Shown: positions 1-12,200 of the stretch, in pieces
How positions within the stretch are numbered: the stretch's first letter is position 1
Layout of the letters: the number at the start of each line of letters is the position of its first letter
Assembly: GCA_001643675.2 (NCBI GenBank)
Contig: LSRY02000019.1
Coordinates: 124,001 to 188,000 of the forward strand
Direction of reading: 5' to 3'
Source of the DNA: Monocercomonoides exilis PA203
Taxonomy: Eukaryota > Protista > Preaxostyla
Length of the DNA stretch: 64,000 nucleotides
The notes under the pieces: model-generated
The model's input: the letters and a program-made list of their open reading frames with translations, nothing else
Database searches by the model: none
Told to the model about the DNA's origin: nothing
Program-made: the position numbers and the translations under genes

Positions 1-2928
1 AGAACCAGAAGAGGAAGAAGAAGAAGAGGAGGAGGAGGAAGAACCAGAAGCCAATGCAGACGAAGAAGAAGATGACAGAACAGAAGCAAGATTATCTGAC
101 GAATACTGCACAGTTGTCTCATAAGACCCCCTCTGAAACTCGAGAAAGTCTGCTGAGCCAATTTGGCTTTCCTCCGAAAAATGCGACGATCCCATCGACT
201 GCTGCTTGGAGGAGGACTTGAGCACATCTCCGCTGAACGGCGACTGGAACGAGCTGAAGGCGTCAACATGGTGCAGCGAAGGGGAGGAGAACCCAGACCC
301 AACGAAGCTGTCCATGTCATTTGGCGAGGGAGACAGCAGCGCCTGTGCCGAGCGAGGGGACAGAGAGCCAGCAAATGACTGGGGAGAGCCAGCGGGGTAG
401 GCAGAGCTGATGGCAGAGAACGGGAGAGCAAAGAGAGGAGAGGCGCCCATTGCAGAGTTGGAGGACTTTGCAATTGTCGCTGCTGTTTCAGAGAGATATT
501 GCAGATCGTCTTCAGGCAGCATGTTTGTGTCGTCAGAGGGAAGAAGACTGAAACTCTCAGACGAATGGCGTTGGAGCTTGCGCGGATGATACGGCTCAGC
601 TGTGAGAGAAAGGGAGAGGGAAGAGGTTGAGGAATTACGCAAAAGCTCCTTCGGTTTGGAGGAGTTGGAGGAGGATGAGGATGAGGTAGAGGAAGAGGCA
701 GCAGTCTTGGAGCGCAGTTGGAGAGGGATGATTGTTGGTCGTGCATTCAGCAGAGAGGAGTCGGCAGAGCTGAGGCTGCTTGTGGTTGGCAACTGCACAT
801 ACTCAGAAGGTGGGGAGGTGATTGAGCGTGGTGAGGAGACCAGCGAGGAAGGCGGTGAAGAGGCAGTTGATTGGTGCTCAGAAGGCTCAGAAAGAGTTGT
901 GTGGTTCTCTTTGCTGTGCAGCTGATGTGTCTGCTGCAGCGTCTGTGGAACTGAAGTTGGCTGGGAGATCTTTTGGTAGGAGATTTGAGAGTTTATTCCT
1001 TGCAGACGCCGGATTGGGGGAGAGGAGTGAGGAGTTGTTGATTGCATGGAAGGAGAGAAGGAAGGGAAGTGCGGGTGGGAGGTATGGCGATGGGGCGATG
1101 TGAGAAACGGAGAGGAGGTTGGGAAAGAAGGAGAGGAAGAATTGGCAGAGGTGGAAGAGTTGGAGGAAACAGATGAAGGAATAGAAGAAGAAGAAGAAGA
1201 AGTAGAAGTAGAAGAAGATGATGATGATGACATCGACACAACCATTTTAGGATGGCTGCCTGAATGAGAAATGGACGAAATGGTAGAAATAGCTGGAACA
1301 GCTGTTGGAGTGGGAGCAAACAGGGAGGAAGGGAAGGAGAACGAGGCAGATTCCAGTGAATGTGCAGGAGAAGTGGTGGAAGCATACTGATCATGATAAG
1401 TGATGAAAAGGGGGGACTGACAGGAGGAAGGAGAAGAGGAGAAGGCAGGCGAGGCAGAAGGTGAAGAGGCTGTTCCATATGAAGTTATTGAAGTGAAAGA
1501 GGCAGCAGGAGAATGTGTTGTCTGAGAAGCAGAGTGGACAAGAACAGGAATGTCACAGGAGATAAGCGTGGACTTGACAATGGTGCTTGTGGGAGACAGA
1601 GACAATTCAGCAGTAGCAGAAGAAGAAGAAGTGAGAGATGCTGTTGAAAGTACCTTTGGTTGAACAGAAAAAGGATTGTGTGACAGTTTTTTCTTATCGG
1701 GTGAGTTTGTCGTGACATTTTGAATACCGCTTTTACTGTCGAATTGATGAGGGTGTGTTCTGCTGGGGAGGAGAGATGGGAATGAACTGAAGATTGGGCG
1801 ACTTTGAGGAGGAGATTGAGTCACAGAAGAAGATGGTGCAAGTGAAGTGACTGATGATGATGTCGAAATGGAAGAAAAAGATGATGAAGAAGAAGGCATC
1901 GCCGTCATCGATGCAGAAGGGAAGGAAGATGATGGAGTGGAACTGGAAGCAGCAGAAGAAGAGGAAGAATGCTCTGAATGAGGTGAGTCATCTGACGAAG
2001 AATCTGCTATCAAATCAACATCCATCGCAAACAGCGAATGCCCCAGAAGCTCTGCTGCTGTAGGTCTCATCAGGGGATTTGTTGCCGTGCATGCTGTTAC
2101 AAAGCTTTTCATCTTTTCAGAGCATCGCAGTTCTGGCAGTGGAAGAAACTGCTGAAACGAGAGTTGCGATAAATGCATAGATAACGCATTGGACGAAACA
2201 GAGACAAATGGATGCGTTCCAGTGAGAAGCTCGAGCGCTGTTATTCCCAAAGACCAGACATCCGATTTCAGATTAGGATGTGAAGGATTTGTGATCTCCT
2301 CAGGAGCTGTCCAAGGAGTAATAATTCGGATTCTTTTTTGACTCATTGCTTGTGGAAAAGATAAAAGACGGCTCATTCCAAAGCATGATAGCAAAACTTC
2401 ACCTGTTTTAGATATAATAATATGTGAGGCACTAAGGGCTTCATATCTCCTCCCCAAAGTGTGAAGGTAAGCCAAAGCAACTAAAGTCTCATGAAGTATT
2501 TTTACAACTTGTTTCTCTGAAAAAGGACCTTTTTGAGTTAAAAACTTTTTTGCGCTGTTTGGGTAATAATCAACAATTAGCCACATCTTGTTTCCAACAG
2601 TAAGGTTTCCTCGAAACGTAACAAAACGAGGAGGTGTATTTCTTTTCAAAAAATCGAGATCGGACAGAAGAGCTCTACTATGATTTCCTAAAAGATTAAG
2701 TGAAATAGATAGAATGGTACACGGTGATTCTGTTGGTTTGTAGGTGCTGCATTCAAATTTTGTTTCCATCAAAATTTTGAACATGAAAAAATGCAAACAA
2801 AATTTTTAATTTATTTATGAAAAATGCAAAAAACACGTGCAAACGCTCGAAAAATGCTAGTTTCATCTTCTGCACGAGGTGGATCACTGATTTCAAACTG
2901 CTCCGCTGCTAAGGCAGGGAAAATTGAC
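1..2928 (-). CDS. STE20-group pseudokinase, STRAD/STLK-like, with long Ser-rich C-terminal tail (runs off the window start; first exon not located)
   Basis: Not in the ORF track because the minus frame from 2784/2769 has no stop before base 1. Manual translation gives ...IFRA|TYKPTESPCTILSISL...WLIVDYYPNSAKK...LAYLHTLGRRYEALSASHIIISKTGEVLLSCFG...PWTAPEE...KSDVWSLGITALELLTGTHPF...RPTAAELL. Predicted intron 2747-2844 (GTTTGC...TGCAG) joins exon 2845-2928 in frame. Confidence 0.85.
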
Positions 2929-3238
2929 CTTTATCAGTATTCATTTATAAAAAGCATAAGAAAATAGAATTCCTAGGATTTTTACGCTAATAAATAAAAT
3001 TCAAACATGAAACAGTTCGCAGTTTAAAATTAACGCGCCAATAGCTGGTAATAATTGTTTGATCGTTTGTTCGATCAATAAATCTATTATTTTAAAAAAA
3101 GAAAGAATTTTTTTTTATGAAAGGTATTGGCTCATGTTTTTGGATATTCGTCAATCCAAGAAGACTTTTGATAAAATTGTAACAAAATTGTAACTTTAAA
3201 CAAAAAATTTAAAAAGAATAAAAAAATTTTTTCTCATT

Positions 3239-6200
3239 CTAATATTTTAATTGAGATTTTCCCCGACTTCCCCTTCCTCTTCCTCTGCGAACTCCTCTTC
3301 CCCTCTCAAAACGGCTTGGCTCACGACTTTCCATCAATTGTTCAATTCGTGAAGCATGAGCTGTTTGATTTGCAAGTAATCCTTCAGTTTCCCTCGACAG
3401 CTCATATTCAAATTTGCTTTCAACATCCCTTAGCAAAGAACGAATAGCGAATTTCTGAAGAGGTGTGAACTGATCTTCCATTGCATCCAAAATCCCGCTT
3501 TCTTCATCGCCTTGCTGCTGCATTGCCTCGATGGATAATTCATTTTGACTTCCTGCATCGGACATTGTTTCATCAGTTGTAAGTCCTTCAACGGCAAAAG
3601 TTGGGGATGATGAAAGTGTGGGTGAAAGCTGTGGTGTAACAGAAAACGAAGGACAAGGTGAGCTCAATGCAGAGAAAGTTGGAGATGGCGAGAGATCTGG
3701 AGTTGATAGAGCAGATGGCTGTTCTCCTGTGGCTGCAAGCTGGTCGTCGTGTGAATGCTGATGCATTATAAGTCCAATTTCTGTTCCACGAAAATCGTCG
3801 TTAAAGGCAGACTGATCTCGCATCAATTCCTGCTGTGCAAGTGTCATTGCCGAGCGATCATCGTCATCTTCAGCAAGAGCCATCGCCCTTTCAACATCAA
3901 TCGCTTGTGAAGATGAAGCTGGCGAGGGTGACGAAATCGGCATCATTGCGCGCATATCACCATCTGAGCTAAAACCGCCTTGCACACTTGAAGAATCGGA
4001 CTGAGCATTTGAGAAGTCTTCAAACTCCTCAAAAGACATCACATTCACGCCAGCTGCTTTCAAAGACTGCAACTCTTCTGACGGCAATTGTGATTGACTA
4101 ATGTCACTTCCGCCTGCTGACCTTCTCGAAGACGTATTTGACTGCCTGTTGCTTTCATCCATCCCAAGAAAGTGCCTCACATCTGATGCTTTTAGCAATC
4201 CAGAATATGTGAAATTTCCTTCTCTTGTAACAGCACTTTCTATTTTACGCTTCCATTTTGCTCTTCTCAATATGTTTTCTTCCACAGTTGATTGAGAAAT
4301 AAGACGATAAACATGCACTTCTCTTGTCTGGCCAATTCTATGCGCTCTGTCTTCTGCCTGCGCATCCATTGCAGGATTCCAGTCTGAGTCATAAAAGATG
4401 ACTGTATCTGCTCCAATCAAATTCACTCCAATACCTCCTGAACGGGTTGAAAGCAGAAACAGGAATATTCTGGGCGTAGTGTTGAACAGCTCCATCAGCC
4501 TCTGTCTCTTATCAATAGGCGTTGCTCCATCCAATCGAAGATATGCATATCCCATCGAAGAAGCGAAAACTTCCAAGATATCCAGCATTTTCGACATTTG
4601 TGTGAAAATTAAGCAGCGATGACCTCCCTTTTGCAGATTTTTGAGCAAAGCAGCAAGACATTGAAGCTTTCCGCAATCATGCTGCACAAGATGAGGAGGA
4701 GGAAACGACACAGACATTTGAGCTTCTGTGATACGAAAGATCGGTATAAGTGATTCTGAACGCATTTCCGAATCGGTTGTGTGACAATTTGTCAAATGAG
4801 TTTGTGAAAGTGCATGAATTGATGGAAGCTTCAAATGGAGTGGCTTGATAATACAAGAATCATCAATTTTTGAACTCATGCTCACTTGAGAGTGGAAAGG
4901 AGAGTTTGAGGCGCTTGTATGAACATATTCTGCCTTTACAGAATTTCTTGGACTGAATGATGAGTGTGTAAATGAAGAACTAATAGAGGCAGTATTGGAA
5001 GATGGTATGTTCGTTTCATCAGCTTTCATCACAACTGTAACAGGCTTTATAATGTGAGGATTTTGAGTACGCCTTTTAGCAGACGAGGATACAACTTCAT
5101 TTAGAATAGAAAATGCTCCATCGCAATTGCAGTTCTCTGTGCAGTTGCCAAGAAAAGAATCAATTGATGAATTCATCTTTGAATTAGAATACGATCTGTA
5201 AGGATCTTTTGAATAATTTTGTTTTGGCTTCCATATCCTCCCCACTCCACCGCTAACACGCGAAATGCCATCTGTTTCTGCAGTCCATCCTCCTCCAGAA
5301 GATGCGTGCATGGTCGAAGTAATTGGATGAAGAGAGATTGGATCTGATGAGAACAGCAACGAGTTCAAGCAGTTTATTGAAAATACTTCCTTTTGAAGAG
5401 CTGACAAAGCAGAATAAGGAGGCGATTGTTCAGCAGATGGACTCTGATTGATCGATGATTTGAATGGAGAGATGTGACTTATGTTTGGAATGACTGGTGT
5501 GATTGTAATGGAATGAGGCTGGCAGACAATGCATTGAGACAAGATTGTTGAGGAATATGCTTGATGCAGATGAAATGGAAGAGCCACAAGATGTAATAAA
5601 ACATCCGAATAATCAAAAGAAGGATTGCAATTTTCTTCAACATTTGATGAAATTTCTTCACAAAACTTGTGCGGATAACGCATTCTTGAGCATACTCTTG
5701 CATGATAGTGAGCATATTGTGGATGAATGGTTTTTCCATCATGGCAAAGCAAGCATCCGCAGCAAGTTTCAAGGCGTGGGACTGATATTTGGTTGATATC
5801 TTGTTCCATTTCCCCAGAAAGGGCAGGCGTATCCTCATTCTCCCATTTACCACTGATTGTTTTTGAAAACTTGGCGATGCTTGCAATCGACAAGAGCGAA
5901 GCATCAGGCTGCATCTTTCTTTGTGGTGACGCAAGCGGATTGTTTTGCATGAAGCTGTTTGAAAGAGGCTTAATATCCACCAAGTCGTGCTGTGTTTCCA
6001 ACAGATTTGCAGTTTCGCGCTGCTCAGTCGGAGAAGCAGAAAGCGGTGAAGCAGAAGAATTCGATGGAGAATCAGCAAAGAGGCTGTCCACAGTTGATGG
6101 CGTGTGTGGTCCTTGCTGCATGGAATTCGGAGGAGTCGTCTGAAGAGAAGGAGAAGGTGGCTGTGGTGTCAGACGAATACTGAACTTTGTTTTTCCCTTT

Positions 6201-9200
6201 GTGGTTACGCGAGAAATGGGCAAAGGTGGCGTTGAAGACGGAGAAATGTTTGACGAAAATGGAGAATCGGTGAATTGGTTTTGTGAACTGTCTTCTTTCA
6301 AAGGTTGAGGGATCATTTGTTGGGCATTTGGTGATTGCGAAATTGAAGTGGAGCTCTGAAGTGCAGAAGGTGATGTGGAAGCGACCTGAGATCTTGCAAC
6401 ATTTGGAGTTGATGATTTATCTGAAGCAGCTGACAGATAAAAAGGCATCGCTGATGAAGGTGAACGAAGTGTTTGAGGCGAAAGTGAGGAAGTCTGCTGA
6501 AATGATGATTGAATTTGTGGAGGATAAGCAAAAGGTGATATTGATTGTAGATTAGGATGTGAAGTGAATATTGTTCCGATCGATTTGCGTGGATCTGATT
6601 GTTCTTCCGAAGAAGTTGGCAAATGAGTAGGAAAAGTCATGTTTGAAGCATATGGCAAAGGAAAAGAAGAAGCCATCTTTCCGTTAATTGAAGCAGGTTG
6701 CATATTATTTACAGGAGAAGAGACTTGTCGAGTCTCAAAGCCGCGGTTCGCAGGACGCCTTCCTCTCTTTCTTCCTCTTTTGTGTGCAGTGTTACTTGCT
6801 GCTGAAACAGTTCTTCTGGCTTTAAGCAGAGAAGTAGTCGACATATCACTGCCTGACAAATTGAGTGAATTGCTCCTCCACAAATAACCGTTCTGAGAGC
6901 CTGTCTGTGATACAGTGAATCCACCAGACAGCAAACTGTCCAGCTCATCTGCATCGTCGCTGTCTGCATCACATTCAGAATTGGCTTGGTTGTCTCCGCT
7001 AATTTCAAAGAACTTGCAGCTAAGTGGATCTTCCTTGTTTCCTTGACCATTTTCTTGCGCCTGGAGTGGAATGCCTCGAATGGCTAGTTGCATTTTGTGC
7101 GATGTTTTTTCTGAGAAACGAGAGTTGAGCAAAATCTGGTTGAAAGCTGCTCTTTTTTGCATAATTGCCATCGAGCGCACATTTACAGCATTCTTTGTTG
7201 TTGTGCTTGATGGCAAATTATTCGCTTCAGAGCTCTTCAAAGTTAGCTCTTCATCGCTTATGTCAGTCAAAACATTGCTCATCTGAATAGTTGCTTCCTG
7301 TTTATTTGTAGCATTTAATCTTCTTTCATCTGACAGTCCGTTTGCATATCTCTCAGAATCAGATCTGAGCGGAAGCCCGCCTCTCATCAGCATCACACAG
7401 CAGTCGCCCATGATTGGCATCAGCGTTTCTCTGCTGCATCGAACCTTGTTCAGCCTAAGGACACTCTCCAAATTGGCTGCACGGCTCTCCAATTTCGATA
7501 TCTCATACGCCACACTTTGCTCAGCCATTGTCTGCGTTGAATTGATGAGAGGGTTCGTCTGTTCAGAAGATTGAGCTTGGGGGAAAGAAGAAGAGGAAAG
7601 ACGAAATACACCAGAATGAAAGATTTCTGGCTTCTGTGTGAATTTACGCAAATTGGATATTTTGCTCTTAAGTTGATCTATTTTTGTGTGATATGCGTAG
7701 ATCTGCTCTTCAAGTTCTTTGTTTGCACCCGAAGAAAGTGTAGTTATTCTGTTTGCAATTGCTCGTGAATTAGGCAAATTTGAAGCTCCAGACAGGCAGA
7801 AAGGTGAAGAAACAGGAGAAAAAGCATTTTGAGATCCGACGTCTCGCGAAGTGATTGAAAGAAGCGAAAACAGGACTGGAAAAGACACAGCAGCTGACGG
7901 GAGCTGAAGTGAAGAGGTCTGCAATGAATGGACTAAAGCTGTGATTAGCAGAGAAAACAGGCTGCCTGATGCTGATATGCCCATTCTCGACAAAAGTCGC
8001 TTGCCGAATGACAACTGCGGATCATCGGAGAAAGCATTCAGCGATCTGTACAAAGTAGAAAGAGAAAATGAAGCAAAGCGGAGAGCAGAAGAGAATTGAG
8101 CAGCAAAACCAGGAGAGACAAATGAAATAAGTTCGAAAAGAGAAGATGATGATGAAATTAGCTGTGTTGAAATGAAAGAAAGGAACTTTGGGATTGATTC
8201 CAGAAAAGAGGAAGAAAACGAAGAGGAGTCCGAAGAAGAAGCAGAAGATGGTGAAGGTGTGGTTGAAGTGAGTGAAGGAGATGAAATATTGGTAGGTGTC
8301 CGTGAATACTCAGAAAGGGTGACAGAGAAAGGCGAAGTGGCAGATGAAGGGCTGGATGAAGTGGAATCAGAAGGAGCAATGAATGTTTCTGAAATGAGCT
8401 GCTTCTGCGAAGTTGTGAGCGAATCTGCTGCTTCAGAAAGCATACGGCTCATCGCTTCGCCTGAGGCAAATGGAAATCCCAAGTGGAGTGTGGGAAGAAT
8501 TGTTTGGAGAGAAAGCACAGGGTCATCAGCAAACACGTTGAATATGCACGATGGATAGGAAGAAGATGGAGCAGGAGAGCTGTCGTTCTTTGTGCTTCGA
8601 GAAGAGGATGAAGTGTCTGTGGATGCTCTTTTTGTTGATGACAATGGACGTTCCACAATCATTAAATCTGGACTTTTAGCAGATCGAATTTTGTCAACGT
8701 TTTTAGGTGCTGTTTCAGCTTCATCCATCGCTGCCTCTTCATTTGCATCAGCATCTTCGTCTTCATCTTGATCGCGTTTCTTGCTTGCCTTCATCATTGC
8801 TTCATTATACAGTTTTTCTTCTTCTGCTTCTTTCAGCGCTTCGAGCCTTTCTTTCTTTTTGATTTCAATTGCATTTCTTGTCTCGATTGTGCCCATCATC
8901 CACTCCACAGACGATGTAACACAAGGTGTGATGCGAACAGCTGGCAGTGCAACAGGCGATGCAACTGGAGGTGCTTCAAACAGATTTGGATGATTGCACA
9001 CTTTCCGCAGCTGCATAAGAACATTGCACATTCCCATGTAGTTGCCAGATGCCAAAATCCGCTTCGTGTCTGAAGCAGCCATGAACTCTTCATACAAAAG
9101 TCTTTGCCTCTTCGACAATGGGCACACAATGATATGCTCATATTTTGCAGGCAACTGCTTTTCGACATCTTGTTTCAGACGACGAAGAATGAAAGGTCGC

Positions 9201-12200
9201 AGCACATTGTGCAATCTCTGTACAATCTCTGGGTTCAAATCATTGCTGGCACTTGAACGTTGTGCATCATCCTGTGCTCCACTGCCTATTCCCCCACCAT
9301 CATCGAGCATTCCACCGCCAGAAGAGCCACCATCTTGCAGTGCAGTCAGAGGGATGTTGAACCACTCGTTGAATTCTGCATGCGATGAAAACACATCTGG
9401 CATCAGAAAGTGCATCAGAGACCAAAGCTCCATGACTGAGTTTTGGAGAGGCGTACCTGTCAGAAGAAGTCTGTGTTTGGTGTTGAAATGCAGCAGCTTT
9501 TGCCACCTCTGCGTCTTGAAGTTCTTAATGTTGTGTGCTTCGTCAAGAATCATGTAGCACCACGACTTCATCCGAAAGATTCGATAATCTTGAGTCACCA
9601 GCTTGTATGTCGTGATGCAGATGTGAAACGCATTGGGTCTTGACCAGCCCTCACGCTTTGCTTTTCTCTCTTGAGTAGAGCCGTAATATGTCAGGATCTT
9701 AAATGCAGGACACCACCGTTTTATTTCTATTTCCCAATTGACAAGTACAGAAGAAGGAACGATGATCAAATGTGGACCCCAGATCCCTTTCTCACACGCA
9801 AGATGGGCAAGCAATGAGACAGCCATGACTGTCTTTCCCAAGCCCATTTCGTCTGCCAGAATGACATTGAGGTTCTTCTCGTACATTGTTGCCAGCCAGT
9901 CCAAGCCGATGATCTGATACTCACGCAATGGGCCTGGCCCGTGAATGAGATGCGGAACTTTCGTTCGCACAACAGACGATGCTAATGTGAAGCCTGTTGG
10001 AGCTGCAGCATTTGCTTCCTCACGAACAGTTTCGATTAAATTGTGATGGTCAGTTGATGTTGATCCAGCAGCTCCAGACGTTGAAGATGAAGCAGATGAA
10101 TTTGTTGATGAATGTGAATGCTGTGGTGATGCATTGTTGATTGTTTTGTTGCTTTTAACAGGAGTATTTTCTGATGGAGATGAAGCAGGCTGATTTGACA
10201 TCTTCAAATACAACTGTTTGAAATGACTGAAAGGATCGTCATCATCATCAGAGCTAATTGAATCAGCTGAATCGTCACTTTGCGAAAACGGACTGTTTGA
10301 GCGATATCTTTTTGAATGAACATTCTCAATTTCTTCTTTTTGAGACACATTTTCTGTGTATGTTTTGTTGTTGACTGAGCGTAGAATCATTTCAGACTTA
10401 ACTTTCACTTTTTCTTCCTCCTTTTTCCATGACTTTGTGCGTCCTCTTGTTTGAATCTTATCTTGAATGTCCTTCGCTTTCTTCTGTTCCAGTTCTTCTT
10501 TCTCCTTCTGAAGCTGATCAAACAACTCTTGTTTCACAGGATCAGCCCCACTTTCTGTTGCATTCACCTCCAAAACATCCGGCAATGATGCATCATTCAC
10601 CGCGTTTGCAGATGCAACTTCAAGAATGGATCCTTCACCCTGTGACCCTGCCATTTCAGGCGAGAAATCAGAGGAAAACGGAGAAAATGGAGAAATCGAT
10701 CTTTTCTCCTGCCCTTCGCCGTGTGAATCTTTTGTTTCGGTTGTCCTTCCTTTTCCTTTTTCATTCAATGAAGGTTTCTCTTCCTCTTCATCATCATCAT
10801 CATCAATGGTGATTGGTTCCTTCCCATACAGATTTTGTATCAGTTCCTCAATTGGAATATCAGCTGCCTTTTTCAGCTCAGACAATTCTGAATTGTCTGC
10901 ATCTGCATCAAACTCTTCGTCAGTCGCAATCTCATCCACATCGTCTTCTGCTTCTGTTGCTCCGCTTCCATCAAAGTCAATTTCATCGTCTTTCTCAATT
11001 TCATCCAACGAGCTTGGCACAAACGATGGCTGAATGATTTCACTTGGTTTGACTTCTTTCACAGTTTGCTCCTTTTTCGCGCGCGAGCGTGTTGTCCGAA
11101 TTAGTTCTGAGTCAATTTTCACAGATCCCCGATGCCGTCTTGTTTTTATCCCGGATTTGTCTTCGGGTTTTGGAGCATCTTTTATTGATTGTGAAACATT
11201 TTTCGCTTCTTCGCTGTTTTTCTGCTGTGCTGATTGATCCTTTGAATCAGACTTCCCTTCACTGCTGTCTCCTTCAATGCGAGCAGCAATAGAAGAGCTC
11301 CAAGACTCCATTTTCCCAACAAAATCGTCGAACGACTGTGCCTTGATCTCCGTCACTTGTTGATTTTTCACCATCTGCTGCTTTAGTTCTACGTATTCCC
11401 TCACCTCGTTCCAGAAGTCCCGAATCATTCTCGCAATTTTGGCGCATTGTTGTTTATGAAATGCTTCAAGTGCTTTCTCTTGTGTCTGGAAATAGCGCAT
11501 AATTGACTTGTTGACTTTCTGGCTGCTTGAAAGCAAAGAGCGTCGATATTGTGCAAGCTTTTCAGCTGCCACTTTAACATCTGAACAGAGATGAGACCAA
11601 GAAGAAACGGAATTAGTGAAGCTAACAGAAGTCGTTGACAACTGAGTCGTTGCAGAGGTACCTTTTTTGTCTGATGGTGTTCCAGACAATGCAGCAGACA
11701 GAGAACGTTGTGCTTGAATAAGTGGTTGGACTGTCGAAGGATATGCATTGAGTGCTGAGCTTTGTAGCGAAGGATGCAATTCCAGATGATTTCGCTGAGA
11801 GTTGTCTCCGCCTCTTTTCCTTCTTGTTGCTTTCTGGGTGTCTGAAAGAGTGCTTATCAAGACAGGCGGTTCCAGAGGAAGTGACTCAACCAGTCTGTTT
11901 CTCAAATGTATTGAAGAATATCGTATCATCAGCGTCTTTATCTCTATTGGCGCTGGCATTCCTCTTTTCAAGACGAGTTCTGGATATGTTCTAAGGTGTA
12001 TCACATAACCATTTGTGCTTCCTTCTTCTTCATCTTTTTGCATTCGTTGCTGCAGTTGTTTTGCTCGATACGTCTCTTCATCTTCGGTTGCTTCATCGTC
12101 CTCTTCTTCTTCGTTTCCTGGTAAGCTGTTATCTTTTTGACTTCCATTACCAGTTTTTTCATTTGACATGGATTCCTGTTTGTTCATGGACTTTCCCATT

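Noticed and set aside
163-2063. Short Glu-rich and other ORFs listed in the track
   Set aside because: They are antisense or off-frame shadows of the Ser-rich pseudokinase frame.
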